This document shows positions 23,020 through 35,400 of a DNA stretch of 64,000 nucleotides, piece after piece. The position numbers and the translations under genes were made by a program. Source of the stretch: Guillardia theta CCMP2712 (Eukaryota; Protista; Cryptophyta); the NCBI RefSeq assembly GCF_000315625.1, contig NW_005434579.1, positions 63,594-127,593 of the forward strand, given 5' to 3'. Under the pieces are notes generated by a model. It saw only the letters and a program-made list of their open reading frames with translations. It made no database searches and was not told the DNA's origin. Each line of letters opens with the position of its first letter. Position 1 is the first letter of the stretch.

Positions 23020-24120
23020 GTCTTATCGGGGTGGGGTACCATCCAGAAGGGTGGGGTGGTGAACCCACCTTGGTAGGGACCTGACTCTGGGACGACACCT
23101 GAATTGAGAAACGATGGGGGTCCATTTGATGAGGAATAGTGAGTAGGGGTACTTCCATAAGGGTAGGGGTGGTTGCTAGACATTGATAGGTGGGGTCATA
23201 GATCTCGGGGTGCAGTAGAATAGTGACAACTTCCTGAAAGGAGGACGTTGGGTGGGGTCATTTTTAAGTAATTTTAGGAGGCACGGTCGATGGGGAGGTA
23301 GGTAGGGTGGTTAAATTTAAGGGGTAGACATTTGCTGTACTACCACATAGATAAGTATGGGTAGGGGTGGAGAGTTGCCAGCTCGGAGGTGGTGGAGAGT
23401 GATTGATACGGGGGGTCACTGGATCAGGGGAATAGGGGGGGTGGGGTTGAACGGTTACGATTAAGTTGAACCGTTTTTCATTGATTAAATTCAAATACTA
23501 TACAACCATATTTTCAAATTTAGGTCAAAACTTTACACGTCTGAGATCTTTTCACCGTCCTGTAGCCAATGTGGATAAACGAAACAGATTCTTTTTTTAT
23601 TTTACAGATTCTTTTTTGGGTCCCGGCGCCCGGAGCCGGGGGCGGCCAGCCTGTACGGTCCGACTAGTCCGAATGAGTCGCCGGCGGCCGCGTCACTGAA
23701 GTCACATGATGGGCGGGCCGGGCGGCCGCGCTGGCTAGTATACAGGCTGAGTGAAGGTATCAGTTAAGTTTGGGGGACAGCAGTTGGCAGGATTGGGTTT
23801 GGTTCTCGCTGTCTTTTCTCTTCTCGCCGTTTGGCCTGTGCGACAGTGTCAGGGTCAAGCCTCAGTCCTCGACTCTCCTGATTGTCCTCGTACTGCTCTT
23901 TAACTTAACTTTGAGTAAAGGCTGACGGACTGCCGGACTCGGGACTTACTTTTTAGTTACTTGACTTTGAGTAAAGTCAGGACTGCCAGGCTGATTTGCC
24001 GCCATCACGGGCGGCGGCCCTGCCCGGCCCTGCCCGGCCGGCGTGCCCGGTGCCCGGGCCGGGCCCCGCCGCGGCGGCCGGGAACTCTGCCCGGAAGTTT
24101 GAGTTGCCGGGAAGTGGGAA
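23020..24120. promoter_or_regulatory. Divergent intergenic module: G-run region (23020-23455), AT tract (23460-23618), GC-rich quasi-palindromic islands (23619-23760, 23900-24110)
   Basis: Sharp compositional blocks between the giant gene (-) and the TPT gene (+). Motifs acttaactttgag (23903) and gactttgagtaaagtc (23963). Confidence 0.55.
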
Positions 24121-24208
24121 GACAATCGGCAAGTGAGCAGGTTCAAGGGCAGGAACAGGAGGCAGACCTGAGGGATCGGGAGCACCGGGAGCAGGAGCAG
24201 GAGAAGGG

Positions 24209-24239
<31 letters not shown>

Positions 24240-24383
24240 AAGGAGCAGGAGAAGGAGCAGGAGCAGAAGTGGGGGCAGGGGCAGGGGCAGGGGCAGGGGC
24301 AGGATCAAGACCCGGGGCATGACGCAAAAGATGACGGCGAAGACAAGCTTGGTTCAGGCGTATAGGGAGGACATCTAAGGCAC

Positions 24384-25636
24384 ATGCAGAAACACATCTT
24401 GGTCTTGCTTCTCTGCTTCTTCATTGTCAGAGCAGGTTAGCCGCGAGGTCACAGCCCCACCTCACCCTGGTTGTAGATGCTCTGCCGAATAGCACGACGA
24501 CTTTGGAACAGAAAGGTTTGCAGGAGGATCAGGACGCAGGGGAGTTCTTCCGGTACGACTGCGATCGGCATGCCGAGACTGATCGTGTGGGACTGATTGT
24601 GCTTCTTGTCAAGCACGTTCCTGGAGCCTCGGAGAGTAGAGAGGAGTGTGGATCTCGGAAGGCTGTTGGTAGGAAGCGTTCTCTCCTCTTGTTTCTTCCG
24701 CTGAGACGCCATGAGCAGAAGATCCATATCCGCATCCCCGGCCAGCTCGCTTGGCACCTCAAGTCCTGCACTTACTTAGGTCTAGCCTTATCGCAGATGC
24801 CTCCTCCTCTTACCCTCAGCAGCTCTCTGGTTCTTATCGGGAGTCGCCCATGACATCGGGAACAAGCTGGTGCGGCTGCTCGAGGTGGGTCGGAACCATG
24901 ACAGACGCGTCTCTGCAGGCGATCTCGACCCTCCGCCGACCATTGCTGCATACCTTGAGTGAGACAAAGAGCACAGGAACCAGAGGCACAGGCAAAGCTG
25001 ACCATCCTCCAGCTCAGAGTTTCATCGGGACTACCATCAGCTGTCTCGTATGGTCTACGGGAGTGAGGAGGATACCAGGTGGTGTATGCGGAAGAGGATC
25101 CGCTACTTCTCGATGCTTGACACTCGTCCTGTTCTCTCTTCCTGCAGCTCTGAGCTGGAGGCAAGTCCAGCTCTTGGTTCCTCTCGCAATCTATCATGCT
25201 GTCGGTATGGCTTCTTACTTCCCCCGCACCCCCACTTTCTTTCCCCTTTCCTCCTCCTCCTCCTTCCCGATTCTCCTCAAAGCTGATCGGCATCAGGGCT
25301 TGTCTTTGGAAACGTTGCCGTGATGTTGGGCCCTCTGGCCTTCATCTACGTCCTCAAGGTCTTGCTCCAGCAGACCTGTCGATGCATGACGTATTACCTG
25401 GCAGCAATTCGAGCCGATCGCTGCCTCCTGGATCTTTCTGCTTATGGGGAGAGGGAAATGTCTCAAGTGCCTGCAAGACAAGAAGCCGACGATGAGGATG
25501 CTTGCCAGTTCGCTCTCCTGATCTCCTGCTCTCCACCCCTCTCACTCCTGACGTAGGCATCGTCCCGGCCCTCTTTGGCTCGTTGCTCTCTCTGTATCAT
25601 ATGATAGCATCTAGAGCAGATATTCGGAGGTCCGTG

Positions 25637-25675
<39 letters not shown>

Positions 25676-26780
25676 TCTCCTGCTCCTTCTCCTGCTCCTG
25701 CTGCTCCTGCTCCTTCTCCCCACTTTCCTGCCACTATCTCTTCCCTCATCCTGTGCCTCTTCCACATTGTAGAGCGATTGCTGAGCTTCACGTGGCAGGT
25801 ACCCGATGAGGGAGGTCTGTAACGCACAGCAGTTCCTGGCTGCAGCGGTTAGCACCTGCTTCTCGCTCTTGAGGTCCGTCATGGGACAAGGTCAGGCTTG
25901 CACGCGTGGGAGGTAGAGAGGAGAGAGCACTGAAAGATGCGCAGAGACCTTGTCCATGAAGGGATGGAGCCAAAAGAAGACGAACTTGAACGGCCCCAAC
26001 CTCATTGCCGTCATGCAGGCCATGTACGATCAGGATCGCTGGCTGTGCCACTCCTGCTGAAGCATGCTGCAGGACCGGGGCCCTTCTCACTCCGATCCTC
26101 CTCTTGTCTCAGATGTTAGATTACCTTCGTCTCATCCTCCACTCTGACCTCTCCCCACACAGTGTTCATCTGCTCTCCTGGAACCTCAACAGCCCCTCCC
26201 TCGTCCTCGTACGGCTCGACCCTGTCGCTTCCCCTCCTTCAAAGTTGATCTTCACCTTTCAGCTCCACAAGCGGGTCTTCACCCTTCACTACCTCCTTCC
26301 TCTCCTCCTCTCCTCCATCGCCTATCAGGTACTCGTTCCTCTCGCTCTACTTCTCTCATCGCCCTCTAGCTCCACTACGAAGCCGCGTTCCTATCTCTCA
26401 GGATGGTAGGCTTTTCCTCCTCTTGCTCCTCCCCTCATGCCTGCTGCAGCTTTCGCCCATCTCCTACTCCTTAGGCAAGCATGGCGAGCTTCCTTCCCTT
26501 CTGACGAGGCAGGCAGCCAACCAAGTGAAGACTCTCGTTTATATCGCCTCTGCCGCTCGTTTCTTCGGCCCCGCCATGCCCGTCAAGGTTCCCTGGCGTC
26601 AGTCGGTCATGAGCCCTGACCCTCTACAGTCCTTCCTCGCGTCCACCGTCACCACGGCGAGCCTCATCCTCTACTCCAAGGTGCCTCCTGCCTTGCTGTC
26701 GCTCCGACGGTGAGCTGGTCCTCTTGTCGCAGGAGCTTGCGAGATCCTACGAGAGCGTCCGGCAGACCGTCAGCAAGTGA
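24384..26780 (+). CDS. Triose-phosphate/phosphate translocator (TPT, SLC35E-like) family transporter with N-terminal signal peptide, multi-exon
   Basis: Exon 1 MQKHILVLLLCFFIVRA. Spliced motifs LLVPLAIYHAV, FGNVAVMLGPLAFIYVLK|QFEPIAA, NLNGPNLIAVM, LHYEAAFLSLRM|LSPISYSL|ANQVKTLVYIASAARFFG, ASLILYSK match the TPT consensus (K.xEP; YNEVAFL.L..VSP.TH.VGN..KR). Stop at ...QTVSK*. Confidence 0.8.
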
Positions 26781-26914
26781 CGAGCAAGCGCTGGGAACAG
26801 AGACTGAGGCTGATCATGTTCATATAAATCATCGATGTTGAGAAAGAATAATCTCTGCGATATTGACACGTGACACTTGGTCCTCTTTCACACCCCGTCG
26901 CTTCTTCTGCTCCT

Positions 26915-29120
26915 TCAGGTCCTGGGTCGAGGGATGCCTGCCGCTCGGACGGGCCTCTCAGCCCCTAGCCCGAGTCTCCCATACCTCCCACGTACAACGA
27001 TGGCGTGAGAGTGGCCCTGCAGAGGAGATGAAGTAAGAAGGGAGGAGGAAGATGAGGGGTGAGGAGGAGAGAGGAGGGAGGTCTTCAGATATCACCTGCT
27101 TATGCTTGCCGAGTCCCCTTTCTCCATCCCATCCCATCCGCGAGATTAGCGTCCTTGAACGAGACCTTGTCAGCAGACGACACACTCAATCAAAGCTCCA
27201 CCTGCCAACCCTCCAATCATCGAGGGACTCCCGAACAATCCTCTCCTCCGCGTCCTCGTCGCTGAACTCTCCGTCACCATCAACAACATTCAGACGCATC
27301 CAGCAGACCTCCAGGAATTGTTCCAGCCCTCGAGAGTGGCCCAGCCGTTCTGCTCTTCACTACCAGAGTCTGCCTTCGCCTGCTTCCTCGGTCTGGCAGC
27401 GAATGAGATGCCAGTAAGCAACGAGTCCGCCTCACTCACCTTCCCTCGTCCCCCGAGTCGGATTCGTCTCTTCCTCTCCTGTGCTTTCGGGGAACGTCTT
27501 TGTCGCTCTCGCTCTCCTCTTCTCTGCTCCCCCTCACGTCAAACCCCCACAAGCACACCGGGGGCTTCAAACCGGTTGGACGTAGCGCTGTGAGCTTCAG
27601 AGCCGAAGAGCAGTTCCATCTTCTGCTTGTCCGTCATGCGCTTCTCGCGGCCCTGTAACCCTTCTCAGTCATCCCTGACCATCGCCAAGACCTGGCGGCA
27701 CCTCTCTCGTCTCCCTCTTCGACCAGGCTTCTACGACAGAAGCTGGATTCTCTCTCGGAAGCTGAACCAGTGATCAGCTCAACGAGCTACAAGTCCTGAG
27801 CTTCTCACCCATGGAAATTCTTCTCGCAACTTTGCGAGCCTCTCCTGTTTCTGTTCAGCAGTCTCTCTCGGTTTGCCGCCGCCTCCAGGTCCATCGTTGA
27901 CTTGCTCGTTCACCAAGATCTGAAAGCTCAGCAGGTCAAGGAAAGAATGCAAAGGGGCTTGAAAACATTGAGCAAATCAGGTTGTACCTGCGAACCATTG
28001 TTCCAACTTGGCTTGCTGTTGTTCAGAGCCTTGCAAACCTGCACAGATCCATTTAACGCGTTTCCCTAGTCGAGATTCTGTATCACCTCTCGACACTTTC
28101 GTAGCAGGGTGGAATCCAGAAAATTTACAAAACCTATCGTCGAGGACTGGGATAAAGCATTCGATTCAAAAGGCAGGACAAAGACAAGTAAACCAAGTCT
28201 CGCACCTTTCCCTCCCTCTTTGGCATTATCTTCAAGCTTCCCACAGGTCCGGCTTGCTTGAATAATCTGCGTGATCGAAGTCAGGGCCCAGAAGGAGTCC
28301 AAGAAGGTGTTTGGCCTCCCATCTTACTTCCAGAGGTTGTCTTCGGTAACTGAAGGATCCAGGTTCGTTACGCAGAAGCTTGCTCTACCCCTCTCTTCAA
28401 CGTACGGGGACTCAAACTCCGCAGGGCTTCCAGCTCGTGCATAGTTATCTGCCACCTCGATCGCTCCCACGCCCTTGATCCACTTCTTCGATTGGGGTGC
28501 AACTTTTAAAGGAGCGACTGGAGCTTTGACGACGCTGTCGTCAGACTCCTTCCTGGAGGTAGCGAGCTCTGGTGTGGCAGTTGCCTCTGATCCTTGTCCT
28601 CCGGCCTGCGATACAGCTCCAATACCTTTGATCCATTTCTTTGAGGTGGCACCAACGGCAAACGAGAGTTCAGATCCAGCTCGGTCTGCTGAGCTCAGAT
28701 TAGGAGCCTCGATGTCTCCCGATTCTTTTTCGGACGAGGGATCCTTCGGACTGTCGATACTGCCGATGCCTTTGATCCATTTCTTTGACTGCGGCCTCGC
28801 GCCACCTTGATCATAACCAGATGCAGTCACTTCTTTCACCTTGCCCTCGTTCTAGTTGTGCACACGTCACACGAAGAAGACAACAAGGCGCATTAACTGA
28901 CCTCATACTGCGATATGTTCGCCGCCCCATCCACTGGCTGAGTAGGAGCCTTTCCAGCTGTACTCACACTGGTTTCGCCGCTATCTGTGTTGGTCGGGTT
29001 TGCTTCAACCTGAGAACTCTCGTTCTTTGCGGCATCTGCGCTCGAAGGCTTCACCCATTTCTTGCTTTGGAAACGAGGAGGCCCCCCCCTTGGCGCCCAC
29101 CCTCTTCCTCCTCCTCTCAT
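26915..29120 (-). CDS. RRM + C-terminal G-patch protein with N-terminal KKW(I/V)K repeats, multi-exon
   Basis: RNP2 SFCVTNLDPSVTEDNLW, RLFKQAGPV and RNP1 IGFVNF. G-patch across an intron: RSRTLISRMGWDGERGLGKHKQ|GHSHAIVVRGRYGRLGLG. Start uncertain (29120, possibly with upstream exons to ~29805). Confidence 0.8.
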
Positions 29121-29175
29121 CTTGCTCCCTTGCTATCTTGATTACAAGGCAGAAGCTCTGTGCATGTGACTCCGA

Positions 29176-29255
29176 TCCTTGCTCTGTTGATGGCTGTCCT
29201 TGGTTACGCTATCCTTCCTTGCTCTGTTGATGGCTGTCCTTGGTTACGCTATCCT
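29176..29255. repeat. Perfect 40-bp tandem duplication
   Basis: tccttgctctgttgatggctgtccttggttacgctatcct x2. Confidence 0.9.
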
Positions 29256-29999
29256 ACCTGTGATGTACATGAAATCAGCCAATGCTCAGGGGACCCAGTT
29301 TGCGAGTTCAAAAAAACAGTCAGCTGTTCATTGAATCATCGAAGCCCCTGGCTCCATCAAGGTTCTTCCTTCAGCATCACTCCCTGTCAGTCCTGCAGTT
29401 TCATGTTCTAGATCAATCGAACTTGGATCATATTTCGAGCTTCTCGTTTCACTTGAGCATTGGTGGCCATCTATCAAATAGATCTTCAACTATTCCCCTT
29501 CTCGCTTCCGCCCTTGATCTGCCCAAACACTTTCAAATCTAACACCTGCGCCTAAGAACATCCTGACAATCAGATTCAATAACACGTCCTTGCGTTCATC
29601 TACACCTGACTCAGTTCGCATGGTCCCATTAAATCTTGACCAGGTTGTTCGCCTCGGTCTCAACTTCACCTCTCCGTGATAATCAAATTCGCACAATTCA
29701 CATTCCGTTTTACTTCGCTCGCTCGGCATTGACACTATTCTTCTGAAGGCGCCTCGATTTCCCTCACCTCTTCTGGGCATGGTCTAACTCCTCCCCCTCG
29801 TCCATGTTCTTTCCCCGTCCCGTTTCACTCAAAGTCTCATAATAATTCTGTATGAATTCTTCAAGGTATGCTTGTCTGTTCGTGGCTCTCCAACTCTCTC
29901 CTGCTTACTGCTCGCCTCCTCACCTTCTTCTCCTCTAGGCCATCGCTCTATCGCTCCTCCCCTGACCCACCATCTCCGCCCCTGAGCCATTTTGAGCAA

Positions 30000-30645
30000 G
30001 GGATGGAGAGAGGGGGGTAGTGGCTGAGGATTAGGGGTGGTAGTGGAGGGTAGTGTGGGGGTAGGGGTCATGTGTATGCAGGGCCGTGTTTCAATCATGG
30101 GGTAAATAGAAAACTACTTTCAAAATTATGATCTCTAAATTTGAAATAAGATCGAATTATTATATTTCAAAATTAGATTATATGAAGAAATACCAATGAT
30201 GATGAAAAACTTAAATCCGCCCCCCTCTGTGGGCCGGCGGGCCGGGCGGCCCCGGCGGCCCGGCCAGCCTCGGCCGGGCCGCAACTGACCATCGTCAGAC
30301 CGGCGCCGCGTATCCGCCGTGCCGGCGGGCCGGGGTGCCAGCGTAGTAGAGGACTTAACTTTGAGGCCTTTGAAAGGAGGCTAGCCGCGGCTCTGACCAG
30401 GGCCGCGCTGTCACGCCATGAGTCACCGTCACGGCCGCCGCCGGAGTCACGGGCCGTATGTCACTGGCGCTGAGGCTTCACTGAACCGCAGGCTTCCGAC
30501 GATCGGATTCGGGCGTACAGTACGGTACGGTAGTGCGAGACTGAGACGGTCAGTACTCAGCTTACCATCATCATGTGTGACCGGGCCGCTGACTCGGTCG
30601 TGCCCGGCGGCCGGGCAGCGGCGCCGGTGTGCCCAGGTGGACCGA
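30000..30645. promoter_or_regulatory. Upstream module: G-runs (30000-30103), AT tract (30104-30215), GC-rich quasi-palindromic island (30216-30640)
   Basis: Same block order as at 6 kb and 23 kb; acttaactttgag at 30353, gagtcaccgtc at 30420. Confidence 0.55.
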
Positions 30646-30803
30646 CGAGTTCAAAGCTCTTTGCAAGCGAAAAGGAGTCTTTTCAGACCTCAAGGGAGCG
30701 CAAGAAATAAGGCGGACGGCATATGGGGCATCGAGAGCTCTCGGTCCTCCCTCCACGTTGAACCTCCTGTAGCTCGAGTCATCGCACCTCAGAGTCTCCT
30801 CCC

Positions 30804-31163
30804 ATGACAAATTCTTGTTGTGGGTCCACCGATTGCTCCAAACTGCACAGCTGCCGTGCTCTTCACGCGTTGATGCTAGATCCTTCAGTATCTTGCAATG
30901 GAGCAAACGTAGGAAGGGAAGCTCCAGCAAGCAGCAAGAAACAAATGAGCAAAGATGTCATGAAAAATTATGTCTACACCCCATTTCAAGTTGACGATGA
31001 AATTTGTGAACCATCAATCAACTCGTTGGGAGCTTTGAAGCGAAACACCACCTTGCACAAGGACTATCTCTACAGACAGGAACTTTTTGGAAAATCCATC
31101 GACACCTGTGGAAATTTTGAATCATCTGTTGATAGCCTGTCTCTGCGGAAGTTTCGCATATAA
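30804..31163 (+). CDS. Small hypothetical protein (119 aa)
   Basis: ATG-initiated, normal-complexity ORF between two GC islands; no recognisable domain. Confidence 0.35.
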   Translation: MTNSCCGSTDCSKLHSCRALHALMLDPSVSCNGANVGREAPASSKKQMSKDVMKNYVYTPFQVDDEICEPSINSLGALKRNTTLHKDYLYRQELFGKSIDTCGNFESSVDSLSLRKFRI

Positions 31164-31346
31164 CATGACCATAGCTACTCCTTCAATCGCTTTGTTTTGG
31201 GCTTGTGAATTGTATTTTCTTATGGCTGAGAAGTCGGTAGAGTGTCAGGCACGAGGAGGACCAAGACCCGGCGACCATTACGTCGCTCGCTAAGGTGCTG
31301 AATGATACTTGCTTATTCATCTTGAAAGTCCATCAATGCCTTCTGT

Positions 31347-31353
31347 AGCAACA

Positions 31354-31390
<37 letters not shown>

Positions 31391-31412
31391 CATCAGCAAC
31401 AGCAGCAGCAGC
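31347..31412. repeat. Imperfect (CAG/CAA)n microsatellite
   Basis: Direct observation. Confidence 0.85.
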
Positions 31413-31574
31413 ATTATGTAGCCTGAGTAGTAGTAGAGGTTGTGGCGATTTTGTGTTTTGCCGCAAGTTAGCAATTTTGATACGTTAGAAACGTGTGTGT
31501 ACATAAAACTTGCAAACTTTAGTCTCGATCTTACTGTCATTTTCGTGACTTTCTGGCAAGAATCCTACTAGGCT

Positions 31575-32040
31575 AGCAGCCTGAACCGTGTAATTCCCGG
31601 CGGTTCGGCGACTCGTCGATCGGACTCACTGAGGCTGCCAGCTGAGGTGATCTGCCGGGCGGCCGGGCCCACCGGCCTGAGTGGCCCAGTTTGACAAGTC
31701 CGAGTCACCGTCTGAGCTCAGCAAGTTGGGAACTGAGACTTGAATCCACGGCGTGGCACGGCGGAGTCCGAGCCGAGGCCCGGGCCGGCATATCCTGCTC
31801 TGTAGAAGCCCGGGGCCGGCCGCTGCTGGCTAACTCACTGACTCGGAGTAGGCGGTACTAGTAACTTTGAGTGAAGGATGGACTTCAAGTGAACTTCGGA
31901 ACTTGGAGCCTCCGGGCCCGGCCACCACCGTGCGCCGGGCGGCCGCGTGCGGCTATTACTGAGGCAACCCCGATGACCCCCGATGACCCCCGCTTTATCC
32001 TTTGAATCTACCGGTTAGGATCGGATCACCCCCACCTACA
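31575..32040. promoter_or_regulatory. GC-rich quasi-palindromic island followed by C-runs, upstream of SERRATE
   Basis: Dense ccgg/ggcc; gagtcaccgtc (31702), taactttgagtgaagg (31862); ccccgatgac x2 and cccccaccta on the gene-proximal side. Confidence 0.5.
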
Positions 32041-32467
32041 CTTTCGATAGCTAAATCACCGGTTCTCTGTATCCGCGCGCGCCATGTGTAGAAAGAGGAT
32101 ACCACTAACGAGGGCGGGAGGGCGGGGAGGGGAGGGAGGAGGGTAAAGAATGGCGGGAATGTAGACATGGCAGGGATGAGAAGGAAGGGGAGCTGAGAAG
32201 ATCAGGACGAAAACTAACAAGAAGGAGTGAGGATCTGAGCAATAGAGATTCGGGACCTTGGGAAAAGAACGAACATAATGGCAAGACGTGGAAGAATCTG
32301 TGAAGGGGGAAGAGTGTAGCTGAAAGCTGCATAGAGAAACTGTTAGTTGCATACACAGTAGATCAAGATATAGTGTAATCGAGAGGATAGGAATGAAGGA
32401 GCATGGAAGGGAAATTTTACGAGGCTCACGACAGGACTAGACTGAATTCTTGATGGTCGAACGTGCC

Positions 32468-35400
32468 ATGTCAACGCCCAACAGTGACCTTGTTACCAGC
32501 AGCCCAAACATGGACGAAGACTACGGTCGGAGAAGGAGAGGGTATCACTCCCCGAGGTACTCACGACGTAGTGTAAAGTCTGTCTGATGGATTTCTTGCT
32601 GCAGTCCACACCGGTATGACAGGCGGAGACCGAGGTCGCCCTCTCCAGTGATGTACCAGCAAGGATACCACAGAGACCAGCACTTCTACGACGATAGAAG
32701 GATGGATCACTACGGGTTGCTGGCTCCTTCTTGCCTCCAAGGGTCGTTACTCTGCATTTCGCAGGAACCAGCATAAAAGGCGAAGGTCCAGCCCTTCTCC
32801 CGGGAGGGGAAGGTAACGTCAGATGTGCATGTCGTTGGTTGACAGCAGTGCATCAGGCGGGGGAGAAATGGTTCGCCAGGGCGGAGACAGTCACCCGGGC
32901 ATGTTCGAGAGATCTCGCCGTCGCGCATGTTTCGTGATTACAATCATATCGTCTCTATCGAGGAATTCGAAGACAAGATGTCCAAGTGAGATCAATCTTT
33001 GGTGAGATACTCCAGCAGTGCTGTGACATTTGTCTCCAGCAATTATGTTTCGAGAAACCTTTCACCCGAGTCGAGAAAAAAGGCCATCGGACAAGACTAT
33101 GTCCGTTACGTGGAGACATTTCAGAGTGACGATGGGCCCAATCGGTCAGTATGATTACCTGCATCTGTTCGTCCTCTAAGTAGTGATCTTGATCAGTGGA
33201 GAGGCAGTTCGTTGCTTTCATGAGCACCAAGATGAAGAATGGTTTTGGGAGAAATATCACCCAGATGGCCATGTGAAAATGTTTGAACTTCGATCAAGCG
33301 AGGCTCGAGAGAATTATGAAGCATTCTGTCAGAAAGTATGAGCCAGCGTTGAAGTGGGGTGAAGCTATACTGAGCTGACTTTGCAGGAGGTCAACTTGGA
33401 CACGCTTGACATGCCAGGAGTCGTTATGATAGTACTGACAACACTTCCGGGCTTCAAACCCTGACAAAGCTGCTAGGCGGATGATAGAAACCATCACAGC
33501 AACACCTCTCGGTCGAAACGCGAAGATAATGACGTGGAAAATGGGAAGGACAAGGTACTTTTCTCCTTTGGCCTCCATGTTTGTTGACGAGTTTGACGGA
33601 AGGAAACGGAAGAGGGCGAAGAGCCGGCGGTCGATCGCTCCTAGAAGCTCCTTATCACTTCTTACGAGATTACCGCAGGTCAACGAGAGCTCAGACAAGC
33701 CTGCCACTGAGAATGCTGAGGTGATAGCGCGTTTCAATCTCACCTCTCCTCCTTTAGTAATCAAACGCTGGATTGGACAGGACGAGAATTCGGCTGAAGT
33801 CAGCAAGGAGCCGGAAGAACCCGTAGCGCCAACCGTAACGGTCAGCAGCTGGTGCGCTGCTGAGGCTGCTTCGAGCAACAGCGTCTTTATCCGACAGGCA
33901 TGATGCATACAAGAGATTGTTTGAATTCTGATCTGACCGGAGCTGTCAGATCCCCTACAAGGCAACTCGCCGTCAGATCATTCACTTCCTGTCTGGTACA
34001 AGAGGACACAATGGACGGTTGAGACACGATAAACTAACACTCTGGTGTGGACAGAAGCCAAGGGATTCCGAAAACTGCTGATTTCCGAGCCAATGAAGGT
34101 GCCGAGAGCGCACTGCTCCCACCGAGGTCTCAAACTGTGACAGACAAAGAATTGGACGAGGATCGGATGGGCGATTTTCGAGGATGAAGATGCGAGCAAG
34201 ACCGCAGGTCAGAGGAGGTGGGATGGACGCATCGAGCTGACCAGAGATCGAACTGCTAGTGATCAAATTTGACGGCACTGAAGTTCATCCGTTGCCTGTC
34301 GAGAAGGAGGAAGGGGATGAGAAGGAGGGAAAGTCTGAAGTGAGCTGGACATGAAACTCGAACTGGCTGTTGCTTCTCACGGAGTTGCAGGCGACCATGG
34401 AAGGCATTCGTTTCCGAATTGCTTGCACCTCAACTCGTCCGATCCCCTCCTCCAGGTCATTGTCACGACTCCGCAACCAGCAGACTGTTTCCTGCTTACA
34501 CTTGTCACCAACTCTGCAGACTCTCTGTCAAGACCTGCCCTTCTGTCGCTTCCTGTCCGCGCAGACTGCAGGAGGTGTGCCGGTGACCAGCTCCGCTTGC
34601 ACGCTTGTGACCTCAATGCCCAGGATCTGCCTCTCCTCCTGGAGCTTGTGAAGGTCTGGACCAATAGTTGCTCGCACGTCTGGCGTAGTGACGAATTCCC
34701 GCAGGCTCTTGATACTGAGAAGGGTATCAAGGAGAACAAGGTTGTCTCGGCCATCGAGTCGAAGGTGTCTTCTTTCCCTTCCTTTTCTTATCTTGTTCTG
34801 CTACCCTTCGAGACAATTCGATCAAACTCTTGACGCGTTCTTCGTGATCAGGAGGATGTTGAGATCGGGAAGAAAGTCGATCTTCTCGTCCACTACCTCC
34901 GAAGAGTGCATTATTACAGCTACTACAAGGTGAAGGAGCTGCCGCGTTGTCATCGTGCTCACTAGAACTTCCAGGGGGAGGAGTACAACGACATCGGCGA
35001 GATGATTAGGAAAGGGTCGGCAACTTACGTCCGGCCTGTTCTGGTACGGTCGAGTAGTAGATGAACGTGGGTTGAAAATCCCCTCCAGCCTCCCGATTTC
35101 GTCGACGAGGAGAGCGAATGGGAGCGTTTGCTCGTGCAACGTACGAAGAAGCGGATCGAGAAGGCATGACATTCCCCCCCCCCCCCCCCCCCCCCCCCCG
35201 ATATGATCACCTTGAAAGATTGCTTCCTTGATCGCTCTGGTTGTTGGGGCAACAATCCTGACGTGCCTCCTGTCCTCCTCGTACTCCCTCCCCTTCGCTC
35301 CTGTCCCCTTCTCTTCCACCACATCCTCCCTGCCGTTTTGTCTGAGGGTCTGTGTGCAGGCTGCGAGCTTTTCTCCTGAAGTGAAGATGGAAGATCCTCA

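Noticed and set aside
23946-24365. ORFs with QEQEQE/APAPAP repeats upstream of the TPT gene
   Set aside because: They arise from a GC island plus a (GAGCAG)n tract; the next ATG with a signal peptide and splice donor is at 24384.
29490-29805. Independent 96-aa gene
   Set aside because: No recognisable motif; more likely 5' exons or UTR of the RRM/G-patch gene. Unresolved without cDNA.
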